A DNA stretch of 62,251 bases from a virus. Lineage: Duplodnaviria; Caudoviricetes. Below, in pieces: positions 36,853 through 45,967 of this stretch; within the stretch, counting starts at the first letter, position 1, and each line of letters starts with the position of its first letter. The position numbers and the translations under genes were made by a program. The notes under the pieces were generated by a model that was given only the letters and a program-made list of their open reading frames with translations, was not told the origin of the DNA and did not search any database. The stretch spans positions 1 through 62,251 of IMG/VR virus record IMGVR_UViG_3300047409_000596; one strand, 5' to 3'.

Positions 36853-36865
36853 GATTGCCCTCAGC

Positions 36866-37066
36866 CTAACGTTCGCTAACGTCTTCTTTGATGACGTTCA
36901 CGGGAATTGCACTGAGCCCGCTTCCGCAGCGCTCACACCAACACGCCTCCAGCGGCGCGTCTCCGTGGGCCGGACCGTCGCCGACGTCGAAGCGGCGGAC
37001 GCGGTCACGGCACCCACATCCCGGACAAACCGGGAAGTAAGAAACATCCTCTTCCCGAATAGACAT
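36866..37066 (-). CDS. Small Zn-finger protein
   Basis: CPGC...CERC; AAGGAG RBS. Confidence 0.55.
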   Translation of the reverse strand: MSIREEDVSYFPVCPGCGCRDRVRRFDVGDGPAHGDAPLEACWCERCGSGLSAIPVNVIKEDVSER

Positions 37067-37080
37067 GGCTACTCTCCTTT

Positions 37081-37323
37081 TCAGTGGGAGGACATTGCAT
37101 ATTCCATTTCCGCCAGGCAGTCGTCACAGCGGCCGAAGGGTGCCGTTGGCAGTCTCGGCTTGCCGCACCAGTCACACAGCACTGCCTCGACCGCCGTCGT
37201 CGGAAAGCCGGGGTCGGCGGGACGTATACAGCGACGACAACTGCCAGGATCGGCCGCGTACAGACGCTTGCAATCCTGATTCGAGCACTGGTATGCGATC
37301 ATGATTTCCCTCCCGCATTTCAC
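37081..37323 (-). CDS. Small Cys-rich protein
   Basis: Four CxxC-type motifs. Confidence 0.5.
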   Translation of the reverse strand: MKCGREIMIAYQCSNQDCKRLYAADPGSCRRCIRPADPGFPTTAVEAVLCDWCGKPRLPTAPFGRCDDCLAEMEYAMSSH

Positions 37324-37558
37324 TCCTCATACCCATACTGCCAGCCCCTGCGCGCCGCCGCATGAAGGTCGAGTTGGCGCAACTGCTCCAGTGTGCAGCG
37401 TTTCCCGTCGCGCCTGTCCGGGTCCAGACAGGGGCGGTCCGCCGTGCAGATGCACCTTCCGTCCGGTCCGATGACGAGTGCCGGCAGCTCCGTGAAGGTG
37501 TGCAGGGAAAAGCCGGCCGATGCCAGAGGGCAACGTTCGTACTTGTCGGTTTCGACGA

Positions 37559-37792
37559 TCATGGCTGGCCCTCCGCACGCTCCAGAGCTTCCAGTCGTTG
37601 AATTTCCCGAGCGAGATACCATTGTGCCTTCCGCAGGTCTTCCAAGGCGTTGCCCTTCTTGCCCGCCCGGCAGATGTACTTCAGGGAATTGCCGAGACAG
37701 AACCCCAAGCCCCACGCTTCTATCACGTTGATGGCCTCAAAGGGGTTGCCGTCGCCGCCGTAATGAGCCGGATGATCGACCGTCTCGCTCAC
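37559..37792 (-). CDS. DUF3310-like protein
   Basis: VDHPAHY...EAINVI...GFCLGN.LKYI.RAGKK...EDLRKAQWYL. Confidence 0.85.
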   Translation of the reverse strand: MSETVDHPAHYGGDGNPFEAINVIEAWGLGFCLGNSLKYICRAGKKGNALEDLRKAQWYLAREIQRLEALERAEGQP

Positions 37793-37946
37793 GATTTTCC
37801 TCCCGATCCCCACACCAGGAACACACACCCCGCGGCCAGGAACCACGGCCAGCCCTCGCGCCCCTGGCAGGCGATGGCGCCGGCCAGGCCGAGGCAGAGC
37901 AGGCCGCTGAGCAGCTTTGTGAATCGCCTCATGCTTCACCTCCGTG

Positions 37947-38195
37947 TTACGGATCGGACACCTCGAACTCGAAGGGCTCGACCCCGTATTCGTTGTCGAA
38001 ATCCTGGACGAAAACAGCGGCTTCGTCCGGCAGAACGAACCGGCCCCCGTCGCCGTTCTCCGCCTCCGAGGCGTCGACCTTCCAGGGCCGGCCCGTTTGC
38101 CGCAGCAGGGCCAGGGCGATCGGGCAACGCTCGTTGTCACACGGCACACCCGCGGCGATGTCTTCCGCAGTCACTCGGACCTTCATCACAATCAC
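37947..38195 (-). CDS. Conserved small phage protein
   Basis: VTAEDIAAG...CPIALAL...FD...PFEF. Confidence 0.6.
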   Translation of the reverse strand: MIVMKVRVTAEDIAAGVPCDNERCPIALALLRQTGRPWKVDASEAENGDGGRFVLPDEAAVFVQDFDNEYGVEPFEFEVSDP

Positions 38196-38748
38196 CTCCC
38201 GTTGCAGTCCGTATCTCTACCCATCTCCTTGACCAGCGCCGCCGTCAGCGCTCCCCTGGCCGGTGAGATCCCAACCACGAGCGCCAACCCCATCAACAGG
38301 CACGTCTGCCGCCCCACCCGCCGCGGACACCAGGGCACGTCGCACCGGCACCGGCAGCTCGCCGCCAACTCGTCGAGGAGGCACAGGGCGTTGCCCCGGC
38401 ACACCTCGGCGACCTCGACGTCTCCCGCGGTCAGGGGCCCGCGCAGGACGGCGACGGACCATTGCTCCATCTCGCGACGGACAAGGGCGGCAAGGGGACG
38501 CCAAAAAGCCACGCTGTCGGTGGGCAAGCGCATCAGGGCTCCTTGTTTGTCAGCTATTCGGGTAACTCCTTGTGGGCCCGTTCGGGACAGAGGTCATGCC
38601 CGAAATGCCGCCGGCAGCAATCGGGACAGGCCGGCTTGCCGCAAAGGTCGCACACAAACGCCGCGCTGCGGTCGCAGTGCGAGCATTTCGGTTCAGCCTC
38701 GCGACGATCTCTATCAGGAGCCAGATGGATACTGGACACGATGTGTCC

Positions 38749-39408
38749 TTAAAAGAGAGTGGGCTGTTCGATCCGTTCCCGCTCCAGTTGCTCCAGAAAG
38801 TCCAAGTGCCGTTCCAGGAGCATGTCGGTCCGCCCCTTGGACCGGGCCACAGCCGCGAACCGCGAATAGCCCGACCCGTCGCAACTGTCCGCCCCGAAGT
38901 CGAACGCCGTCCGCAGCCGCCGGAGACTGTTGACCCGCCCAACGTGAACGTGACATCCCCGCCGGCGGGCCTCCGTACACAGGTCGGCACTGACCTGGCT
39001 CAGCTTCCAGCGCGTCGAGCCGCCGACGAAATAGGCGTCCAGGTCGTCAGGCAGCGGAAGCGACTCCTGCCCGTCCTGGCCCACGAAGGCCACCGGCAGG
39101 CCCCGAGCACGGATCAGCACCGACCACCACGGCCACGCCGCCAGGGTGGCCTTCGCGTCCACCACGACGTCGGGAGCCACGACGAAGAGGCAGCCCGGTT
39201 GTCCCTGGCAGCGATCAAGGAGGCGGAGGAATCGAGCTTCGTCGAAACCGCTGAACGCCCCGTTATCCACGGCCCACGGCAGTCCGAGCTTCACGACCGA
39301 GCGCACGCTGTTCCGGTTGGCTGGCGCGAGCAGGATTCCCAGGTTCGCCGCGTAACGACCGGCCAGGGTGCGGACCATTTTCATCGTGCCGGAAACGAGT
39401 AGTCGCAT
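38749..39408 (-). CDS. TGT/DpdA-like TIM-barrel protein, putative nucleic-acid base-exchange enzyme
   Basis: WAVDNGAF, APDVV.D, QDG, FVGGST.WK, HVGRVNS, DSCDGS. Confidence 0.55.
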   Translation of the reverse strand: MRLLVSGTMKMVRTLAGRYAANLGILLAPANRNSVRSVVKLGLPWAVDNGAFSGFDEARFLRLLDRCQGQPGCLFVVAPDVVVDAKATLAAWPWWSVLIRARGLPVAFVGQDGQESLPLPDDLDAYFVGGSTRWKLSQVSADLCTEARRRGCHVHVGRVNSLRRLRTAFDFGADSCDGSGYSRFAAVARSKGRTDMLLERHLDFLEQLERERIEQPTLF

Positions 39409-39803
39409 CAGGGCTCCTCTGCCGCCGCCGCGGCGCGTTCGGCCAGCGACTCGATTGCCGCGACCAGGTCGGAGGGCTCGTCCCACGCCTGCCCCGGCCG
39501 GCCGGTGACGTCAGCGTGGAGCAGTCCCGCCGCGTCCCAGCAGCGCGTGAGCAGGCCGCACAGGCGTTCGACTTCGGACCGCAGGTGTTCGACTTCCTGG
39601 CCAGCCGGCAGCAGCAAGTGTGACTCGGGAGGGGCCATCCGCGTTTCGGTCAGATCCTTGATAGTCTGTGCCTGCACCAGAACCTGCCGGCAGACGACGG
39701 CAAGCGCCTCTTTCCAGTTTGAGCCGATTGGCCATTCTCCGTCCCAACCGCAACGGGCCAGCAGCGCCTGCACTTCGGCGACGGTCAGCATCATATCGCT
39801 CAC
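39408..39803 (-). CDS. Hypothetical protein
   Basis: GGAGG RBS; coupled to neighbours. Confidence 0.55.
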   Translation of the reverse strand: MSDMMLTVAEVQALLARCGWDGEWPIGSNWKEALAVVCRQVLVQAQTIKDLTETRMAPPESHLLLPAGQEVEHLRSEVERLCGLLTRCWDAAGLLHADVTGRPGQAWDEPSDLVAAIESLAERAAAAAEEP

Positions 39804-39999
39804 GGTGCCTCCACGAATGTTCGGGCCGCCTCGCGCAGGACGTCCGGCGGCCGGGTCAAAAGTGCCCGGGCAAGCTTCCGGTAGCGCCGCCTTCTGGTCG
39901 GGCTCAAGTCGTCCCAGGACGTCCAGTCGGCCTCGGACTCCCCGGTCGTGTCGTGCAGCCAGTGGGCCAGCCGTTCGATGGTATCGCCTTTGGCGTCGC

Positions 40000-40371
40000 T
40001 CATTTCAGCAGCCTTTCCAGCCAGGCCAGCGCCCGGCCGTCGTTTAGTTGCTCCGGCGTGAACCGGCCGACACGCCAACCCATTGCCGCAGCCAGGTTGT
40101 ACTTTTCCAGGTCCGACTTCAGACGTTCGATACTGGTGTGGGCACCGACCGCCTTGCGCCCGCACAGCGGACACCGCTTGCCCCTGCCGAACAGTCCGCC
40201 TTCCTGCTCCACGGCTACCCGCTGCGCTTCCCAGGCGAAGTCAAACGCGAAGCGCCGCGGCGGGGCGAAGCGGAACTCGATCACGGGCGCCGGCAGTCCC
40301 ACGGCCTTGCAGACGGCGCCGAAGAGGCTCACGACGTCCTCGCTCTCCTGTGCTTCGAGGCACCGGGGCAT
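40000..40371 (-). CDS. PD-(D/E)xK endonuclease (DUF559/resolvase-like)
   Basis: EFRFAPPRRFAFDFAW...VAVEQEGG...DLEKYN.A...GWRV; start uncertain. Confidence 0.75.
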   Translation of the reverse strand: MPRCLEAQESEDVVSLFGAVCKAVGLPAPVIEFRFAPPRRFAFDFAWEAQRVAVEQEGGLFGRGKRCPLCGRKAVGAHTSIERLKSDLEKYNLAAAMGWRVGRFTPEQLNDGRALAWLERLLK

Positions 40372-40556
40372 GTCGCGAAGTGGCTGACGTGCCGCTTCAC
40401 GGACGGCTCGACCGGCACGACGTAGGCAATCCCGTTGGCTCCGAGGTCAATGTTGCCGCCCTCGACGGGCTCGGGGTCGATCGGTGAGGGCGTGTCGTTG
40501 ATCGTCTTCGCCCAGAGGATTCGCTTGCCGCAGCTCCTGCATTTGCCAACGTTCAC
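40329..40556 (-). CDS. Small Zn-binding phage protein
   Basis: CRSCG..I.W..T...P.DPEP...SHFATCP. Confidence 0.65.
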   Translation of the reverse strand: MNVGKCRSCGKRILWAKTINDTPSPIDPEPVEGGNIDLGANGIAYVVPVEPSVKRHVSHFATCPGASKHRRARTS

Positions 40557-40761
40557 AGCGCCTCTCCTTTGCGTCCGGGTGTCTTCCCCTGTTCCATTAC
40601 CAGCAGGTCGACGAAGCGCTCGCCGGCCGTCACCTCGCGGAGCTTTTCGAGGGCCTCGTCGCGCGTGGCACGGCAGCGGACCAGGCAGCGCCAGCGGCCG
40701 CGCGGCGTGCGCGCCCAGCCGGCGAACAGGGGAGAAGGGGGAACGGGTGCGGGGGTAGCCA

Positions 40762-41316
40762 TCACGTCCCCACCTTTCCCGCCACCTGCTCGGCGAAGAG
40801 GGGTGTCTGGCGTGCCTGCGCGCACGCGGCCGCGAAGGATTCCAAGTCGCCCTTGTAGAGTCCGTGGCGGGCCACAATGTCCCTGAACTCCTCGACGTCG
40901 TGCTGCCGAAGCCGATAACAGAGACGACCCCGCTCGTCGCGCACCGGCGAGCCTTCCTTCTTCGCGACCGCGAAGTGCATCAGCTCGTGATCGACCAGCG
41001 CCTCCCGCTGCGCCGGCGTCAGGTCGAGCCAGGCGTCCTGGTTGAGCAGGATGACGAGGTCGTGGTCACTGAACTCCCGGCTGAGGTCCGACGCCTTGCG
41101 GGCCTCGCCGAGAGTCAGCTTGCCGTCCTTGTCCTCCTTGACGCCCTTCGCCCAGACCAGGGCGATACGGGCCTCGGACAGGTGCGCGTGGTGCGCCTCC
41201 CGCAGCCGATCGAGGATCTCGTAGGGCTCGACGCGGACGTTGTCCTTGCGCGGGCCGATCCACTCGGGAATCAGCTCCACCTTGATCTTCTTTTCGCCCT
41301 TCGCTTTTTTGGCCAT
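40762..41316 (-). CDS. Putative phage metallopeptidase
   Basis: ALVDHELMH (HExxH), HDVEEF..IV.RHG. Confidence 0.8.
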   Translation of the reverse strand: MAKKAKGEKKIKVELIPEWIGPRKDNVRVEPYEILDRLREAHHAHLSEARIALVWAKGVKEDKDGKLTLGEARKASDLSREFSDHDLVILLNQDAWLDLTPAQREALVDHELMHFAVAKKEGSPVRDERGRLCYRLRQHDVEEFRDIVARHGLYKGDLESFAAACAQARQTPLFAEQVAGKVGT

Positions 41317-41332
41317 GAGCTTTCCTTTCGTG

Positions 41333-43030
41333 TCAGTCGGTGAGGTTAACGCACGTCGGCGAAGCCCCGTTGCAGATCACCAGTCCTTCGCGGGCGCGGG
41401 TGAGCATGACGTAGAACAGGCGCACGATCCCGTCATGCCCTTCGGGGTCGATGATCCAGGCTTCCCAGCCCTTCGCCGAGAGGTCCGGGAACACGATCGC
41501 GACGTCTGCCTCGGACCCCTTGAGGGAGTGTCCCGTGCCGATCGTGATAAGCGGCCGGTCGCGCAGGGCCTTGCCGCCGCGCGCCTGTTGTACGCGGGCC
41601 GGATAGGCGTACTTCGACCGCTCCTTGAGCGACACGCGCGACAGCCACCAGCGCAGGGCCAGCGTGCATTCCTTGCGCGAGGAGAAGGGCAAGCGCTCCA
41701 GGTCGTTGAGGATGTCCGGTCGAAAGAGCCCTTCGGCTGTCCCCCAATCAAACGGTCCGGCGTCCCCCTTCAGGAGTTTCAGCTTGCTCTTGGCGCCGTG
41801 CATCAGACAGCCTTTCGTGTCCAGCAGCGAGGCCCAGGCACAGACGTCGCGGCCCTGCCAGAGGCAGGCATCTGCCCCCCACGTCTCGTGATCGGGGCGC
41901 AGGAAGGAAAGCATCCGGTCCACGGGCATGAGGCATGGCGGGTCAGCAGCAGCGCCCGACGTCAGAGGGTTCCAGTCGCCCCGCTTGACCCGCCACGGGT
42001 TGTGGAAAGGCAGGCCGCGCTGACGCAGGAGCGCCTTGAGCGGGCCAAGCATGTAGGAGCAGGCAGCCATCAGCATGACCGACTTGCCTTCCCCGGCGAA
42101 ACGCTCCGCCAAGTCGACCGCCTCGTCGGGCCGCTTGAAGTTGGCCGAGCAGCGCCGCAAGAAGCCTTCCGCGTCACGGGGGTCATACTGCTTGTCTTCG
42201 CGATGATGCAGGCGCTTGACCCAACGACTCGCGACCGCATGGACGGCACGCGGCACGCGGTAGGACTGGCGCAGGTAACGCTTGTCGATGTCCTCGCAGG
42301 GGAAGTCCAGGAACGACTTCGCGTCGGCGCCCGCCCAGAAGTAAATGGCCTGGTCGTCGTCGCCGGCCAGGATAAGCCGCTGCGCGTTCCGTCCCCACTG
42401 CTGAAGGATGTCCGCTTGCAGCTGCGAGGCGTCCTGCGCCTCGTCGAAGAAGATCGCGGCCGGGTTGCCCGGGGCCGACTCGAAATCCGAGAGGCAGGTT
42501 TCCAGGAGGTCGGTGAAGTCGAGGAGTCCGGCATCCTCTTTCCACTTCTCGTAAGCAGCGGCGAAGGGCAAGATACGCGGCGACCACTTCTCACGGGGAA
42601 TACGACGGGCGCGGAGCAAATCCATTTCCGAACGGAGCTTGTCCCCGCGCGTCTCCTTCTTCTGCTCAAAGGGTTCGTCGATCTTGGACTTGCCGGCCTC
42701 TCCGGCGTCGTCGGTCCCCGCGTCCGTCTTCGAGCGCCTGGCGTGCGTCGTGAGCGCGAACGAGGGATGAAGCTTGCCGAACTCGCCTTCGCGGCCCTCC
42801 GTCAGGTCCGGGTAGTCCAGGGCGCGGTAGCAGATCGAATGGAGTGTCCCCACGTTCCGCTTCGGCAGGTCGGGAAGACGCCCCCCGATCTCCGCCGCCG
42901 CCGCCCGGGTGAAGGATGCCACCAGGACATTTCTCGCGCCAAAGTTATACGCGGCACGCTCGACCCAGTTCTTGCAGGTCGTTGTCTTGCCCGTGCCGGG
43001 CGGCCCAAAGAGCAAGTGAACTGTTGCCAT
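41333..43030 (-). CDS. UvrD/Rep-like SF1 helicase
   Basis: GPPGTGKTT, TLHS, DEAQD, GDDDQAIY, QSYR, KGSE, YV.LTRA. Confidence 0.92.
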   Translation of the reverse strand: MATVHLLFGPPGTGKTTTCKNWVERAAYNFGARNVLVASFTRAAAAEIGGRLPDLPKRNVGTLHSICYRALDYPDLTEGREGEFGKLHPSFALTTHARRSKTDAGTDDAGEAGKSKIDEPFEQKKETRGDKLRSEMDLLRARRIPREKWSPRILPFAAAYEKWKEDAGLLDFTDLLETCLSDFESAPGNPAAIFFDEAQDASQLQADILQQWGRNAQRLILAGDDDQAIYFWAGADAKSFLDFPCEDIDKRYLRQSYRVPRAVHAVASRWVKRLHHREDKQYDPRDAEGFLRRCSANFKRPDEAVDLAERFAGEGKSVMLMAACSYMLGPLKALLRQRGLPFHNPWRVKRGDWNPLTSGAAADPPCLMPVDRMLSFLRPDHETWGADACLWQGRDVCAWASLLDTKGCLMHGAKSKLKLLKGDAGPFDWGTAEGLFRPDILNDLERLPFSSRKECTLALRWWLSRVSLKERSKYAYPARVQQARGGKALRDRPLITIGTGHSLKGSEADVAIVFPDLSAKGWEAWIIDPEGHDGIVRLFYVMLTRAREGLVICNGASPTCVNLTD

Positions 43031-43056
43031 AGTTAGTCACCGATGTATAAGTTTCG

Positions 43057-43214
43057 GTTCCTCCAGTTCCTCCACCGTTCCTACACAAAAAACGGAACTG
43101 AAAGGAGGAACGGGAACTGAAAATTTCCAGTCTAATCCGTCCGTTCCTCCAGTTCCTCCGCAATTTCCCGAACGCATTTTTCACCCCCCTCTGTGTTGGA
43201 GGAACTGGAGGAAC
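43057..43214. promoter_or_regulatory. Candidate replication origin (iterons)
   Basis: GTTCCTCCAGTTCCTCC at 43057 and 43143, inverted at 43198, with AT-rich spacers. Confidence 0.6.
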
Positions 43215-43977
43215 CGTCTTCTTCTCCCGTAATGAGGGCAAAATATCCTTTAGGGCTAACCCAGGATCGGCACTGCTTGCGCTGGCCGGCGGAGGTTTCC
43301 CGTCCCGCCGGTTTGTAGTCCATTCGCACGGACTCGAAACCGTCGCGGTGCAGGCGTTGAATCAGATCGTTGCGGGCAATCCGGACCGGACTCAAAGCCA
43401 ACAAAGCGCTTGCAAACTTGGGGAGGGAGAGGTAGACTCTGTCTACCTCGTCCACGGCAATGCCCGCGACGGTAAGAGCGTCGATCAATTCTCCCTTGTC
43501 GGTTGAAGACACCGGGGCGGCACTGGCCCCGGCCCTGTACTCGGCAATCCACTCGTGCAGTTCGGCTTGCTGATCGGAGCCGACGTCGATCACTTCGGCC
43601 AGTTCCAAGAGTGCCGTTGCTACGGGCGTCCATTCCCAATCCTTCATGGGCGGTAGCACCAGGGGCGGGTTGGCGTCCGCCAGGACGGCCCTCGTCTTGC
43701 GGAAGCTCATCACGTCGGTGGCGGGACCGAGCGAGAGCACCTGTCCGTCCTCAAGGTGGAGGTCAAAGACGCCGAGTTTCGTGCCGATCTTTTCGACGCT
43801 CGCCACATTGATCTTGTAACTCTTGAGCAAGTCGAAGGGCCGCTTGTACTTGTCTCCGGCAGCCTGCGCTCCCAGCGGAACGTGCATCCCGTCGGAGCCG
43901 GTTCCGTTGGCGGAGGCGCGCAACTCCTGCTGCCTCTCCTCCTTGACACGACGCCGGGCCTCCTCCAGAGAACTCAT
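43132..43977 (-). CDS. Putative replication protein
   Basis: Between SSAP and helicase; iterons at its 3' end; ATGA coupling. Confidence 0.5.
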   Translation of the reverse strand: MSSLEEARRRVKEERQQELRASANGTGSDGMHVPLGAQAAGDKYKRPFDLLKSYKINVASVEKIGTKLGVFDLHLEDGQVLSLGPATDVMSFRKTRAVLADANPPLVLPPMKDWEWTPVATALLELAEVIDVGSDQQAELHEWIAEYRAGASAAPVSSTDKGELIDALTVAGIAVDEVDRVYLSLPKFASALLALSPVRIARNDLIQRLHRDGFESVRMDYKPAGRETSAGQRKQCRSWVSPKGYFALITGEEDGSSSSSNTEGGEKCVREIAEELEERTD

Positions 43978-44288
43978 TTGCGTTTCTCCAGCCGCGCAAC
44001 GGCCTCGGCGATCGGGTACAGCTCCGCCCGCATCCCCCCCGCCAGCGCCTGACACAACTGCTCCGGCCGGTGCTCCGCCGCGTAGCGGAGCATCAACAGA
44101 AACAGGTCCGCCAGCCCGTCCGCCGCGGCCCAGAAGTCCGCCGCCGCTTCCCGCTTCTCGTCTTCGGCGGCCTTCGCCTGGTCGGGGTCGGACATGGCCT
44201 GTGCCCTCTTGAGTCGCGCATCCGCCGCCTCGAATCGCTCCGTGATGCGGGCGATCTCGGCGCGGACGAGGGAGCGTGTGTCGGTCAT
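43974..44288 (-). CDS. Hypothetical helical protein
   Basis: GGAG RBS; coupled to the next gene. Confidence 0.6.
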   Translation of the reverse strand: MTDTRSLVRAEIARITERFEAADARLKRAQAMSDPDQAKAAEDEKREAAADFWAAADGLADLFLLMLRYAAEHRPEQLCQALAGGMRAELYPIAEAVARLEKRK

Positions 44289-44299
44289 CGTGACTCCGT

Positions 44300-45388
44300 T
44301 CAGGCGTTGACCGTCTCCGGCTGAGCATCGCGTGCCCGGTCCGCTTGCAGTTTCTCCAGCCGGGCAATGAGCTGTTGCGCCTCGTTCTGCGTCAGCCGTC
44401 CCGGCGTGGCGTGGCCGAAGTCCTTCTTCACCTGACCCTCCAGCTGTCTGGCCGTTATGCCGAGGACCTGGCAGAGGTCGCCGATCCGACCGCCCTGCGC
44501 ATCGGAGATCGGTGCCACGTCAGGGGCGGACGGCGTTTGCGCCGGCAGGTTGGCGATGGGTTGTGGCTCGACCGATACCGGCACCGACGCCAGCTCCGTT
44601 TCGTCGAGCCACCCCAGCCCGCACACGCTGAGCGTGGCCCGCCGCTTCGCCTTGGTGAGCGCCTTCATGTGCGCGTTGGCGAGGGCCTCGCCCTTCAGTC
44701 CGGTGACGCTCACACAACCCAGCTCCACGTCGCGCCGACCCTGACCGTCCGTGACGTGGACCTCGACGGTGAGCACCCCTTCCTCAATGCTCCGCTGCAC
44801 GGACGCCACGCTCACGCCGCGCAGCCGCCGCAGCTGGTCGGTGCAATCGCGTTTGGCGTAGAGCCGCATTTTGCCCTGAAACGTGAGGTAGTCGAAGGGG
44901 CTTGTGTGCGGGTTGAGTCCCAGCGATTCGCACACGCGCAGGTAGTGCTCTACCCGCTGCTCCGGGTTGAGGTTGGCTAGGTTGCCCTGCACCAGGGCCT
45001 CCTCAACGGCGCGTGACAACGCCCGTCGTTCCTCGACGTGATTCAGGCCGCGAGCCTCGTTGACAGGCTCGCGGGCGGGTGTTTCGGTTGCTTGCATGAT
45101 CGGTTGTTCCTGATGAGATGGTTTCGGTTCGGTCAGGGCGACTTCGGCCTGCTCGCGCAGGCGTTCCTCTAGTCGGCGGCGAAGGGCGAAGACGTGCTTG
45201 CAACCTCCGTCCGGCTTCCGATACTTGCTGTCCGGACAGTTGCACGTCCACGCCCCGTGGTGGCAGTGGACGTAATAGACGTTGCCTTCGTCGCTCTCCA
45301 GGGTGCCGGTGTAGTGGTTGGCATGGACACGCTCGAAGAGAGAGTAGGTCCGCCCCGCGATGTCGATCTCACTGGTGTCGGGGTGCAT
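44300..45388 (-). CDS. SWIM Zn-finger fused to a single-strand annealing (RecT/Redbeta-like) protein
   Basis: CNCPD...CKH; GNLANL.PEQR...CESLGLNP...LYAKRD.TDQLR...MKA.TKAKRRATLS.CGLG.LDETE. Confidence 0.75.
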   Translation of the reverse strand: MHPDTSEIDIAGRTYSLFERVHANHYTGTLESDEGNVYYVHCHHGAWTCNCPDSKYRKPDGGCKHVFALRRRLEERLREQAEVALTEPKPSHQEQPIMQATETPAREPVNEARGLNHVEERRALSRAVEEALVQGNLANLNPEQRVEHYLRVCESLGLNPHTSPFDYLTFQGKMRLYAKRDCTDQLRRLRGVSVASVQRSIEEGVLTVEVHVTDGQGRRDVELGCVSVTGLKGEALANAHMKALTKAKRRATLSVCGLGWLDETELASVPVSVEPQPIANLPAQTPSAPDVAPISDAQGGRIGDLCQVLGITARQLEGQVKKDFGHATPGRLTQNEAQQLIARLEKLQADRARDAQPETVNA

Positions 45389-45487
45389 GATACTACTCGG
45401 TCGAAGTTCCCCCGCCCGCCCCTGCGCCGGCAACACACCGGCGCAGCCTTGCAATTGACGGGGTAGAGCCTGAGGCGGGCGGGGGAA

Positions 45488-45569
45488 AACCAGGGACGGG
45501 AATCGAACCCGTGTTTTCCGCGCGGATGGGCGTCCGGAGAGCGGCGCTAGCCAACGTAGCTGCCCTGGC
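45488..45569 (-). ncRNA. tRNA-like RNA with an aberrant extended anticodon arm
   Basis: GCCAGGG/CCCUGGU acceptor, GCUA/UAGC D-stem, ACGGG-UUCGAUU-CCCGU T-arm; no 7-nt anticodon loop; no encoded CCA. Confidence 0.7.
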
Positions 45570-45736
45570 TTCCGCGCCCCGGCGCACGCTGCGCCGCCCC
45601 GTCACTCTCGGGGACGCGGACCACTTCTCCGTCACAAGTGACCCGCGTGGGCGTGGTAGAATGCGGCCGGCGACGGTTTCAGCCTCGCGGGTGCAACCAC
45701 GAGTCGCACCCGCGCCCCACGGCGCCGGCCGCAGTT

Positions 45737-45967
45737 TCAGCCGGCCATCCCGGCGCAGTCCCTCGGCAGGACGCGCGGCGTGGCCAGCGAACACACATGG
45801 TTCGCCACGAGGGCGTACTCGACGTTGGTGGCCCGGGCCACGGCGGCGCGGACTTCCGCCAGCGGGTCTTCCGCGGAAGCCACGGAAGAAGAAAGACTCA
45901 AATCCGAAATCCAAACCGGACCGAACGGCCCTGTTTCGGATTTGTGATTTGTGTTTTGAGATTTCAT
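45737..45967 (-). CDS. Hypothetical protein whose N-terminus is a translated hairpin element
   Basis: ATGA coupling; DPLAEVRAAVARA motif shared with the ORF ending at 46362. Confidence 0.45.
   Translation of the reverse strand: MKSQNTNHKSETGPFGPVWISDLSLSSSVASAEDPLAEVRAAVARATNVEYALVANHVCSLATPRVLPRDCAGMAG
45882..45965. repeat. Heptamer-based hairpin element, copy 2
   Basis: CGGAAGAAGAAA..CAAATCCGAAATCCAAA...TTTCGGATTTGTGATTTG matches the reverse complement of 16263-16343. Confidence 0.8.

Noticed and set aside
45420-45480. Possible known riboswitch or ribozyme (UCAGGCUCUACC; CUGAAAC motifs nearby)
   Set aside because: Could not assemble a full purine, SAM, glycine or hammerhead consensus by eye; kept only as generic structured RNA.
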